The notes under the pieces: generated by a model | The model's database searches: none | Told to the model about the DNA's origin: nothing | Seen by the model: only the letters and a program-made list of their open reading frames with translations | Made by a program: the position numbers and the translations under genes | Shown here: in pieces, positions 1-9,685 of the stretch | How positions within the stretch are numbered: position 1 is the first letter of the stretch | Layout of the letters: the number at the start of each line of letters is the position of its first letter | Source of the DNA: Cyanidioschyzon merolae | Lineage: Eukaryota | Length of the DNA stretch: 64,000 bases | NCBI GenBank assembly: GCA_000091205.1 | Contig: AP006488.2 | Direction: 5' to 3' (one strand)

Positions 1-27
1 CCCCATTCCCCCCATTCCCCCCATTCC
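1..27. repeat. Telomere-like C-rich short tandem repeat (CCCCATT / CCCCCCATT, 3 units) at the window edge
   Basis: The sequence 'ccccatt cccccc att cccccc att cc' is read directly at positions 1-27. The C-rich strand runs 5'->3' at a left end, which is the expected telomere orientation. Only about three units are present, and the following 3 kb is lower GC with no convincing genes. Confidence 0.3.
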
Positions 28-3000
28 AGTATTAATGTCTCTAGCGATTGGTCCGAGGGGAATCTTTTTCATCATATTTCTGTGTGTTGCCACCTGGATA
101 CTCCAGTACGCGCAGTATTATCGATGCATTTTAGCGTGACCGCCTCGTAGTTTCCTATTTTTTGGGCCCCGGCTGTCGCTCGTGGTCTGAATCGCCCGCG
201 AGCTTTCGTTGCTCTCGTTTGTGTCGTTCTTCACCATATTTTGTTCCCGTTTTCTTCTCTCAACATCTCACAGTACTTAAACGCTGCTTTCTCGGTGCCA
301 GGTTGTCTCCATTGTAACACAAATATCTTAACCGAACGAAATAAACGCTCACTTTATGTTAAGTTTGATATATTTCTGCTTATAGTCTTGTCGAATTGTG
401 TTCCCTTCGTACCTAATGAATGGCCTTACATTTGCACATGGCTTGGTATTGTTGAGCTTTCAATTATCTGCGACTTCAGACCAGCACAGTGGCTGTGTGC
501 GTTGGTTGCTCCGCTTTGTAACTCTACTATCCTCATCGTGTTTCTTCACACGATTTTGATCGTTGTTTGCAAGCCCTTCGTCCATACATTCATATCCACC
601 GGGTTTCAGAGCTCTCCGAATATCCACAGTAGTCATCATTGTTCGTATTTCGTTCTTGGTTATGAACTTGCTGTAAGTCTCCCTACTCAGCTGCAAGCTC
701 ATAGCTACATATCCTCTTTGGAACATATTCTCTGTTGCAACTCTATCTTTTCTCTTTCAGCGTTCCTAGCACTAGCCGTTACCTAGCTCGAATTTGCTAG
801 TGGCTACCTTCCAGGCGACTCTGGTGCGGTTTCTTCGTCGACAGCTTGTAGGTCCGGGACCTGTTGTTGCCTGCGTCTGGATCCGATTCATGGATGATCC
901 GAGAGCAATTTTGGAAAATAAAGACGACCCGAGCCCTAAAATCTCTGGCAGCCATACAGTGGCCGTGGGCATTTTATTTCTATTCAGAGCTGCATTTTCC
1001 GTTTCCGCGTACCGATCATTCTCTAGGAGGCGACCGATATCACTTTGCGCGGTCGGTCTGCAGTATGCAGCACACCGGTCTGTACGCCATTTCGCTCAGC
1101 AGCTGTGCGTCGCACGTCGACTGGGCTCGTTTCTGGAGTGAGCGTTTGATACAGGAAACGGACCCTACGTATCGATGCGCGTGCCGTGGTTGTTCAGACA
1201 AGGTACATGGATATAATTTGTTGCGTCCATTCAGTATTTGAATGTACGTCTAGCTTCGCGTCCTTACCACAAGCATCCACAGGCGCTAAGCGTACGTTAT
1301 ATCTGTTTCTCTACTGCCGACCCGTATTGAGCATTCCGACTTTGATACCGTTTTCAGTGAAGTTGAGAAGATCCAGTACAGCTGATTACCCTCCCCCGTG
1401 CCCATCAATACGGTCTAGCAATGCACCTCAGTGTATCGCTTTGGCAGTGCTTGCGGTACCAGGCATATTTTCATACAAGCTGAGATCCAACATTGTTTAC
1501 CATCCATATAGATTGTTTACAGGAATGAACACATTGTCGCAGGGCAGCATGCAGGGAACCACATGTGCACTAGAAACAGACCATGATCGAGCCCTCTTTT
1601 TCTGGTCTGTATTCTGATTCGTTGGATTCACGCACAACATTGTTCCCTATGCTCTTTCTTGTACGCGTACACTGAATTCACGCACCACTGTTCACTAATC
1701 TATCTAGTTATTGCCCCTACACATCTCTAGAGTAGCAATAGCAATGTTCTGCGCTACCGTTCCTGGAAGGCGGAATCAGCCACTGCGCCGCCTCGGCATC
1801 GAAGAGCAGCTGGCCCCGATATGACAATGAGCTTTTCGCCCATACAAGTCTGCTTGCGGCTGCTTCAGGGATGCTTGGTTGGAGGCAAATATCGCGAGCA
1901 CCCATACTCTGACCTTAGCGTCCTTGCTTCTTGTTTATTTTTCAAAGCTTGCTGCTTGGCGTCTCGCCTTCTTTCCTTATGACCCAGAGTTAACCGGATG
2001 CAGCTCCTGGCACATGCTGGCTGCTGCGTATCCACAAAGCACAGACTGGCTTCACCTGTAGCTCCCTCCGGACATGTAGCGGTTTATGCCGATAAACGCA
2101 CTAGAGCCAGAACTCGAACAACTCCAAACGCGGGTACCGCGGCAGACTCGGAGCTTGTCAGGACGAGACTGTAGCAAACTCCAAGGTACCAGTTGAATGT
2201 CGCGCGTCCACTTGAGCTTCATCTAGACTTACATCATGGACATTCTGACTAGCTCCACTATGTGGAGGATTCGCTCTGGGGTACGCCTGGTTGGTCCGAG
2301 TCGTGGCGACAGGCCCAATCAGGTCGATCTTGCCAAATGCCCCCGTTTTTGCTACCAATAAGCTGCCTTGTGCGATCAGCAGGACGAGCACGACTGAGCT
2401 CAAGAGCACGGGAGCTACCTTTACGTTAATTATTAAGTATATACATAGTGTGCATCTTTCAGGGCACCAGAACATAAATATAAATATCGTTTTACACAAA
2501 GTTTGGAGCAGTGTGCAAAGCCTCTGGCACAGTACACTCTGCCCTTATAACTATGGGGATCAGGCTGTGGTTACGTTTCTTCGAGTCCAGTCTACTGGCA
2601 GCCAGGGTCATTTTACTGCCTATATTTTTCCTGGAAGTCCTTCTCAACTGCAGTTCATCAACAGAATAACCGTGAGAAGTTTACTCTTTGGCCTTATACC
2701 TTTCCGTTTTCATGCTTTCCAATGCAGGAGCGCTAGGTTTGTACCACTATAACCGATTCTATTTCTCTGCAGCCATTCGCCACTCTTGATCGTATTGCAT
2801 TCAATACAGCTCTCCTTTCTTGAAATAAATCCCGTATGTTTTTCTTGTATCTTCCCAACTGTGGAATCCTTAGCGCTCGAACTGCACCGTTCCAAGAACT
2901 ACGCCCCAGTGCTAACGGCCGATATTCATATCTGAATGTTTGTTCGAGCGGAGCGCTCAACAACTCCCCAGCCACTATACTATTTCGAAGCATAGATGCA

Positions 3001-3336
3001 TGCAATGCTTGGCTCATTCTGTCTCATGTAACTGACAGCTGCTGCTTTTGCTCTCCGGAAGTATTGGCGCTACCGTAATTCATTGTACATAGAACTGTAT
3101 TCCGCGGCTTTCCACGATTGCACACACCAATACTTGTATGCAACTTTGCTCGTTCGTATAAGTTGCTATGGTTGTGTGCCTTATCAAAATGCCTGACAAT
3201 ATACTGCGGGATGCTTTTTCGCGATAGGGCGCGTTTTACTATCATTGCTTAAACATTATCCTATGGCAGAAAAAGCGGCACCCAGAGTGGTACCATCGGT
3301 ACTGTTCGCCCCTGTCCTGCAGAGCAGATTGCCAGA

Positions 3337-5520
3337 TCAGCAGGCAGCAGATATAACACTTACGCGAGCCTTCGTTAAAACACGTGCTGCACTCGTCCAA
3401 ATGTGATAGAGCCTTTCTGCATACGGCATGATACCCACAATACCCCCTGTGCCGAGCCCTGATGTCCATACCTTGCGCAGAGCATCGACCCGCGCAGGCC
3501 ACAACACTGCATGGGCCACGGCATGCGATGCGTACGTCCCGTAGCAGCTCACGAGAACACCGTCGACCGCAAGGCGCCCTGAGCGAGTCAACGGCGCATA
3601 GAGACCATTGTGCGTAACTAAAGTCTCGATTGCCACTACGGGGTCCGGCAGGTGCGCAGCAACGTCCAGCAGAGCGTCGCCAACGCGGATATCTTCCGCG
3701 AAAACTGCCACAACGGCGGTGGTACCCAACTCAAGGCTCCGACGTATGTGCTTCTGCTGCTGCTGCTTCTGTGAAATACACGAGAAAGCGGTCGTCATAC
3801 CGTAAAAGTCTCTAGAGTGTTCGATCATTCGATATACCAGATGCTGTCTCGTCAGACGCAGCTGCTTTCCGGAACGCGTCTTGATCGCAAGAATCTCTGC
3901 AGTAGCGCCGGCCTCGTTATGCAACCATCCTAGTACACTATCTTCGACCAGTTGCCCGCGCCCATTGACGCCCATTACGGCCATACCTGATCGAAGCTCG
4001 CTTATCTGCAGATGGTTGCCCAGACCATCGATGAGCACCGAGGCATCCGCGGGGAAGCAGACCGCAGAGCCTTCGCCTACAGCGGTCTGCGTCACATTTG
4101 TCGTTGCCGACGGTTCTGCAGTAACGGAGGGCGTCGGTGATGCCGTCGGAGTCGGTGTTGGTGTCGGCATAGGCGTCGGTGTTGCGATGTATAATGTGAA
4201 GAGATCGTTATAGCTACCGGAGCTGCCTTGACCTCCGAATAGAACCGGGTCGTTTTGATCGGTATCCCAAAGAACTGCACCGTATCGCGGAGGTGGAAGC
4301 GTTGTATTGCTTGTCTTGTTAAGCTCGCCGTAACTATATGCTCCATCCGTTGTATTGTCACCGTCTACCCAAGTCCATTCAAGACTCGTTATATTGAACG
4401 TCCACAGGTCGTTGCAGAAACCGGGTGAACTACCGCCGAAGAGATACAGGGTGTTCGTCGAGTCTGCAAATCCAGAAGAGCCAGCTCTGTACCCCGGAGT
4501 GTTGCTCGATGACGGCACTCCTTTCTCGCCGTATACTGCCCCATCCAAACCAACACTGTGATTTCCAGACATCCAAGTCCATTCTTTGGAGCTGATGTTG
4601 TACAGCCATAAATCATTGAGAAAGCCGCCATTTCCGTCAATCTGTCCATCACCGCCAAAGAGCCAAAAGTTCCCATCAAGGTCTCGCCACCATGTGGCTC
4701 CGAGACGTCCAGCGGGATAATTGCTCGGCGATGCCTGGCGAAACGTACCATAGCTTCCAGAGGGATTCTGCTGTTGAGTGCCACCTATCCAGCTCCATTC
4801 GTTGGTCACTGTGCTGTACTGCCACAAGTCACCGTAAAAAGGACCACTAGGATAAAATCCACCAAAGAGATAAAACTGGCCATCCAATCCAACCCAGGTC
4901 GCGGGTTGGAAACGAGCGCCAGGCGTGTTGCTTGAAGACGACTTCCCAAGAGGACCATATGTCGGGGGAACATTGGTCTTGCTGGATCCCTGCACCCAGG
5001 TCCACTCGCCCGACGATACATTATACATCCACATATCACTATAGCCCGAGTTCAAATTCCAGCCTCCATATAACCAAAGGTTTCCGTTGCTGTCACTCCA
5101 AGCAGCGGATTCCGTCCTCGAAGGCGGATAGTTGCTCTTGTTGGGAACTCCGAGGGAGCCGTATACCCCTCCAGAGTTGAGGGATGCAGAGCCTCCAACC
5201 CAGGTCCAAGAGAACGTGCTCAGATTGTAGTTCCAGAGATCACCGAAGACGTCTCTCAAGTCGCTGCCACCACCAAACAACCAGAGCACCCCGTCAGCGC
5301 CGGTCCAGAAGACCGCACCGTACCGCGCCGGAGGCACGTTGCTGGTGTTCCGCACACCCTGAACACCGTAGCTACCTGAACTGCCGGTAGAGTTACTGCC
5401 ACCGATCCAGGTCCATAAAAAAGTATCTTCGGAGGACAAAACTCCACGAACTGTGTGTGTGCCCGACACAACCAATACTATAACCAGGAGTCTCACAATA
5501 GAAAAATACCTTTTTCGCAT
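3337..5520 (-). CDS. Secreted Kelch-repeat (beta-propeller) protein with a Pro/Thr-rich linker and a C-terminal Hedgehog/intein-type Hint autoprocessing domain
   Basis: The 727-aa ORF is intact. Its N-terminus has a hydrophobic signal-peptide-like segment (MRKRYFSIVRLLVIVLVVSGTHTVRG). At least six repeats show the Kelch signature (LWLFGG ... NDLW/GDLW ... W.W). A PT linker (PTPMPTPTPTPTASPTPS) follows, then Hint motifs: 'G..AVCFPADASVLIDG' (Cys-1 block), 'TRQHLV' (TxxH) and 'LVTHNGLYAPLTRSGRLAVDGVLVSCYGTYASHAVAHAV' (C-terminal Hint block). Confidence 0.75.
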   Translation of the reverse strand: MRKRYFSIVRLLVIVLVVSGTHTVRGVLSSEDTFLWTWIGGSNSTGSSGSYGVQGVRNTSNVPPARYGAVFWTGADGVLWLFGGGSDLRDVFGDLWNYNLSTFSWTWVGGSASLNSGGVYGSLGVPNKSNYPPSRTESAAWSDSNGNLWLYGGWNLNSGYSDMWMYNVSSGEWTWVQGSSKTNVPPTYGPLGKSSSSNTPGARFQPATWVGLDGQFYLFGGFYPSGPFYGDLWQYSTVTNEWSWIGGTQQQNPSGSYGTFRQASPSNYPAGRLGATWWRDLDGNFWLFGGDGQIDGNGGFLNDLWLYNISSKEWTWMSGNHSVGLDGAVYGEKGVPSSSNTPGYRAGSSGFADSTNTLYLFGGSSPGFCNDLWTFNITSLEWTWVDGDNTTDGAYSYGELNKTSNTTLPPPRYGAVLWDTDQNDPVLFGGQGSSGSYNDLFTLYIATPTPMPTPTPTPTASPTPSVTAEPSATTNVTQTAVGEGSAVCFPADASVLIDGLGNHLQISELRSGMAVMGVNGRGQLVEDSVLGWLHNEAGATAEILAIKTRSGKQLRLTRQHLVYRMIEHSRDFYGMTTAFSCISQKQQQQKHIRRSLELGTTAVVAVFAEDIRVGDALLDVAAHLPDPVVAIETLVTHNGLYAPLTRSGRLAVDGVLVSCYGTYASHAVAHAVLWPARVDALRKVWTSGLGTGGIVGIMPYAERLYHIWTSAARVLTKARVSVISAAC

Positions 5521-6201
5521 ATAGGATACGAAAGGGGTTCTGCACCAGTCAAAAGTAAACGCCTCCCAGAGAAACGAGTTGCTTAGAATCTACAGGGATA
5601 GGAGAGCCTCCAGCTGCTGGTACTGTTGTCACTGCTGTCTCCGTCCGTACCACTACGAGCCTCCACGAAGTATTCTGAGGTAAGCAGCACGGGAGCGCGT
5701 CAAGCACCGCCGTCTGAGTGACGCAGATCTGCGCACGGCGCTCCCGCAACAGGACATTTCTATCATAAATGGACAAAGATATTTTGCAGCGTCTGCTACC
5801 GAGTTTCATGATGGCGCTCTCGTAATGGCAGCACAAGATAGTCGTCTACGCCGCAGTCGTATTTCAGATACCCATGCAGAGTCCAAACATCCAAAAAGGC
5901 TAATGGCGTGCCCGTCGCACATTCGGACCCGGCCTGATGTGCCCTAGTACGAAAAACTCCCTCTTTCTGCAGGCCATCTGCATATTTGTCGATGTCCAGT
6001 CTAGGGCTAAGTTTGGTGTCCAGATACCCTCAACATTGGATTGTGGGCCCCCAACCCGGACTGGAAGGTTGCGTGCATGCACGTGCGAACTATATTGTAC
6101 AACCACGTTCCTCATGGAATCAATATACCAATAACTGAAACATATTTTAGTTCTGTGTTCGCGCGCGGGGCCGTCCAGATAGCTGGCGTCAACGCAGTGG
6201 T

Positions 6202-7638
6202 TCATACTGAAGCACTTGCTGAGGCATGCGTCAAGGTCGACACCGATACCGACGCACTTGGAGACGCAGTTGCAGTCGCAATAACGGCACTCGGAGACCG
6301 TGTAGCACTAAACACCACACACTGCCTGTTGATGCACTCCTCGCCAGAGCGGCAGCAACGCACCTTGTTCACAAGGTTGTCCGAAGGCATCAGGTAGGTC
6401 CCGGACTGAACTGTAGGGTCCTTGCATACACAGAATGACGGCAACGGCACCTGTCGCTGCTGCTGCTGCTGCTGCTGTTGCACGGTATTGCTGTTGCTGA
6501 ACGGGTTTGACGTGCAGTTCTCCATCTCGGCGTTGCAGCGCTCCGGGCCGCACGGAATATACGTCGAGTTCGATACGTTGCCGGTCGTGCTGTTCAGCGA
6601 GTTCGAGACGTACCCATACGCCTGACAAACATACTCGGTAACCGGCTGGGAGCACTCGTTGCCGGGCCCCAGGCAGCAACCAGCCTCCAGACACTGCTGC
6701 GGCGGGTAGCTCGTGCGCTGCGTCCCGTGCTGCTCTCCGTAAAGGACCGTGTTCAGCAGACGCACAAACTGGTTATTGTTGATGTTATTGTTCAGCTGCT
6801 GGTTCTGATTCACCGCGTTCGTGCACGGCTGGCGCTCAAACTCGCCCACCGCGCACGTCTTCTCGGGCTGGAAGCAGTACGGGTTCGACGCAAAGTCGCT
6901 CTGCTGCTTGCCGTTCTGCACCCACTGGTTCTGCGCCTGCGAGTCGTAGCAGCAGCCCTGGGCATAGCACGTAAACTGGTTGATACCCGCGTTGCCGCAC
7001 GGCTGGCGCTGCGCTCCCGGTGACGGGCAGACGGGTACTGGTGCCTGCACCTCCTGCAGCGCTACAGAGGCCTGCGGTGCATGGTTGATGTCGTAGTAGC
7101 ACCAGGGTGCCAGGATGCCGTTCGCTGTGGGCTGCCAGCAGCATCCCGGTATCGCAGTGCACTCGTCGGGGTAGATGTAGCTCCAGCCGCAGGTGACGCG
7201 CTGCGTCACTTCAACAGCGCTGCACGCCGCTGAGACGCTCTTCAGGGTGCACGCGTTCGTCTGGGAGTTGAAGCAGCACCCGACTTGCTCGTAAGCGTCC
7301 TGGTTGATGCACTGTCCTGGAGATCCGCAGAGCTCATTGGAGCAGATGGGGGTAGGCGTCCGCGAAGTTTTTGGTGTTGGAGTAGGGAATGCTTTCCTCA
7401 ATGCAAACACATCATTGAGAAAGTCACTGCCGCTCGTGTTTATGTATCCAATTCCAACAAATACGATCGGATCAGTTCTACTAGTGTCCCAGAAAGCTGA
7501 TCCATAGCGAGTACTTGGTACACTATTCGGGCCTGACTCGCTCAATGCCCCATATACTGCTGGAGTATTCACTACCGAGCTTCCATTAATCCATACCCGT
7601 TGACCCAGTTTGATATCGAATACCCACAGATCGTTCAA
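6202..7638 (-). CDS. N-terminally truncated paralog of the Kelch protein carrying tandem trefoil (P-type)-like cysteine-rich domains and a polyQ tract; gene fragment or exon
   Basis: The 478-aa ORF has no ATG start; the first in-frame codon is TTG, preceded by a stop. Its N-terminus (NDLWVFD ... TPTPKTSRTPTP) parallels the last Kelch blade and PT linker of the 3337..5520 protein. It then carries trefoil-type motifs, for example 'CSAVEVTQRVTCGWSYIYPDECTAIPGCCWQPTANGILAPWCYYD' and 'CPSPGAQRQPCGNAGINQFTCYAQGCCYD...NPYCF'. A polyQ run (QQQQQQQQRQ) is present, encoded by (CTG)n on the plus strand. Confidence 0.45.
   Translation of the reverse strand: MNDLWVFDIKLGQRVWINGSSVVNTPAVYGALSESGPNSVPSTRYGSAFWDTSRTDPIVFVGIGYINTSGSDFLNDVFALRKAFPTPTPKTSRTPTPICSNELCGSPGQCINQDAYEQVGCCFNSQTNACTLKSVSAACSAVEVTQRVTCGWSYIYPDECTAIPGCCWQPTANGILAPWCYYDINHAPQASVALQEVQAPVPVCPSPGAQRQPCGNAGINQFTCYAQGCCYDSQAQNQWVQNGKQQSDFASNPYCFQPEKTCAVGEFERQPCTNAVNQNQQLNNNINNNQFVRLLNTVLYGEQHGTQRTSYPPQQCLEAGCCLGPGNECSQPVTEYVCQAYGYVSNSLNSTTGNVSNSTYIPCGPERCNAEMENCTSNPFSNSNTVQQQQQQQQRQVPLPSFCVCKDPTVQSGTYLMPSDNLVNKVRCCRSGEECINRQCVVFSATRSPSAVIATATASPSASVSVSTLTHASASASV
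6455..6478. repeat. (CTG/CAG)n microsatellite inside the coding region (polyQ)
   Basis: 'gctgctgctgctgctgctgttg' read directly in the sequence. Confidence 0.8.
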
Positions 7639-8281
7639 ACGACTGCAAGTGCGCTTCTATTGCCGTACCCCTCAAAGCAAAATGAGTTACAGATTACCCA
7701 AATAAACACGCTCTGCCCTCTTCAACGACCTCAGTTAGCATTCTCTGGCGCATTCGATGCGAAGTAGGTCATAGCTTTAGCTATATTAATCACTACTGCA
7801 GTACGCTTTATGACTTGCGAAGCAATTTTGGTTCTCCACATCAGGAGGAGTGCCCACCCATCCGTTCAATATCCGATCGTGACTGTGGGATGCCATCTCA
7901 TCGGTACGCTGTTGCTCCCACATGCGTCTTTGAAGCAGCGGTCTGCGCTTTGAAGGCGCATCTCATTTTCATCACTAACAAACCTTAGACAGGGGCCAAG
8001 ATAGTCGACTTGAGGCCTCGCCGCCGCAACGCCTGGTCGATCAGATCAAGACTCAGTTTCTATTGCTGATCTGCCGTGTCGATTTCGTACGTTAGTTCAA
8101 TAACCTGCGGTTTCGTGTTCTCTCGACCTTCCGTATATTAGCCACGCCACTGATAATACGAGCCCGAGTCAGAGAACTGCCCCTGGGTCGCCACTTCGGC
8201 TACGCGGCGGTCAACCTCATCATTCGGAACGTACTGCCTAGTGATGTACTTCTGAACAAGCGGGAAGAATACGTAGCGGAA

Positions 8282-9196
8282 TCAGCCACGCTTTTCGCGG
8301 AAGAGGTTGCTTTCGGCGACACATCCCGGGAAAATCGCCACAGAGGTCACCCCGTCGCGGCCGTATCGATCACTGAGCGCCTTCATTGTCAACAAGTTCT
8401 CGGCTTTGGCGTCTTTGAAAGCTTTTGTGGGCTCAAACGGGCCACTTTCTACCATGTCCGTCGTCTGCGGATCAAGCCCCGCGGCTAGGCCAGATATATC
8501 CCCGAGACGAGCCTGCGGGGGGATCTTTCCCGGCAGCGAATTCGGCGAGTGGGTCTGAGTCGTCAGAAACACAATGTGCCTGCGCGATATTTTCATCTTC
8601 GGCAACAGCTCCCGACAGAGAAGCAAATGGCTCAGATGGCAAACCTGCATAGTTTCCTCGATGCCGTCCACCCTGAAACGCGGTTTCTTGTCCCGCGGAT
8701 GCCATATTGTGGCATTGCAGATCAGGGTATCCAGGTGATCGACGCGCGCCACACTTGACAGCTCTCTTACAAACTTCAACACAGAGGCGAAATCAGCCAT
8801 ATCACAATGCAGCACTGTATAGGCGTCCTTTGGAAGGTTTACGCTATTCGCTGCGCGTTCCGCCAGGTCGACGTCACGACTTGCCATGACGATGTGCCCG
8901 TTGCCCTTGTTGATCAGAGCGCGAGCTGCATACAGACCGACCCCAGAGGACGCGCCAGTGATCACGGCGATCTGCGACTGTTTCGGGCCCATACGAAGAT
9001 GCAGCGCGTGGTGCCGGCGCGCTACAGGCGAGCGCTGCACCGCCAAGGGAAGCGGATGCTGACAGTGGTGACAATGTCCAGCTGCGAAGCACCCATCACG
9101 TGCGGTACGTAGCGGGAACGGTGCTCGAGTTGCAGCGCGCGCGCGAACAATGTGTCTTTCCTGGTACAACGGGACAAAAACGAAAAGAGCTTGCAT
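8282..9196 (-). CDS. Light-dependent protochlorophyllide oxidoreductase (POR)-like short-chain dehydrogenase whose catalytic Tyr is replaced by Phe
   Basis: The ORF encodes 304 aa. It has the SDR Rossmann motif 'ITGASSGVG'. Blocks align closely to LPOR: 'YTVLHCDMADFASV', 'LICNATIWHPRDKKPRFRVDGIEETMQVCHLSHLLL', and the POR-specific loop 'GKIPPQARLGDISGLAAGLDPQ...'. The tail 'LLTMKALSDRYGRDGVTSVAIFPGCVAESNLFREK' also matches. The YxxxK motif reads 'FKDAK' where POR has 'YKDSK'. A 68-aa N-terminal extension may be a targeting peptide, or the start is the internal 'MGPKQSQ'. Confidence 0.7.
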   Translation of the reverse strand: MQALFVFVPLYQERHIVRARAATRAPFPLRTARDGCFAAGHCHHCQHPLPLAVQRSPVARRHHALHLRMGPKQSQIAVITGASSGVGLYAARALINKGNGHIVMASRDVDLAERAANSVNLPKDAYTVLHCDMADFASVLKFVRELSSVARVDHLDTLICNATIWHPRDKKPRFRVDGIEETMQVCHLSHLLLCRELLPKMKISRRHIVFLTTQTHSPNSLPGKIPPQARLGDISGLAAGLDPQTTDMVESGPFEPTKAFKDAKAENLLTMKALSDRYGRDGVTSVAIFPGCVAESNLFREKRG

Positions 9197-9579
9197 TTTC
9201 TTGGATTAGATTTCCTCTGGTGCAAAGCTGCTGAACGCGCCACCAACTAGAGACGTTCGCTCAAGCATGCGTATCCAGTCAAAAACCTCTTTTGCGTAGC
9301 TGCAAGAGTGATCGCCCGTCAATGGTCCAGAGTCTGACCCATATCTCCCGTAGACTGCATAGCGTTGAGCACATCTAGCACAAGTGCTCAATGTCTTTCT
9401 GAGAAACTAGGCAAAACTCCTATGCTTCCCATCAACAACCTCATCAGCAGTTAGTGCCAAGGGTTCCGCAGTGCTGCGCTCAGATATCTAAACGACCGTT
9501 CACGAACGTCGACGTGGCTCTCCGACGAATACCGTAGAGGAGGTATAAGGGAATATCCTCCGGTGGTATGTTATTTTGG

Positions 9580-9685
9580 AAGCGTCTGCACGTCAGTTGG
9601 AGACGTCATGTTTAGGGCGGGTCACTCGCCACTACCGTGCACCGCGGGCAGCAGCGTTTTTCTTTTCAAAAGCATTTTTTGTCGG
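9580..9685 (+). mobile_element. Solo 3'-terminal fragment of the Fanzor/TnpB-like element family (conserved right-end module only)
   Basis: 'cgtctgcacgtcagttggagacgtcatgtttagggcgggtcactcgccactaccgtgcaccgcggg...gcgtttttcttttcaaaagc' matches the conserved 3' ends of the copies at 13140, 22060, 28270 and 32620. No upstream ORF is present. Confidence 0.5.

Noticed and set aside
241-786. 181-aa ORF at the start of the window
   Set aside because: It lies in the low-GC telomere-proximal stretch. Its composition is hydrophobic and low complexity, with no motif, and no codon-bias contrast with the other frames. It is most likely non-coding.
7639-7700. A possible 56-nt intron (GTAATC...TTGCAG) immediately upstream of the truncated trefoil/Kelch ORF that could join it to an upstream mini-exon starting 'MRQRMLTEVVEEGRACLFG'
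   Set aside because: The spliced product puts 'LFG' only one residue before 'NDLW'. The Kelch blades in the neighbouring paralog have 8-12 residues between FGG and NDLW. The mini-exon has no signal peptide or Kelch character, so this is probably a chance GT..AG pair.
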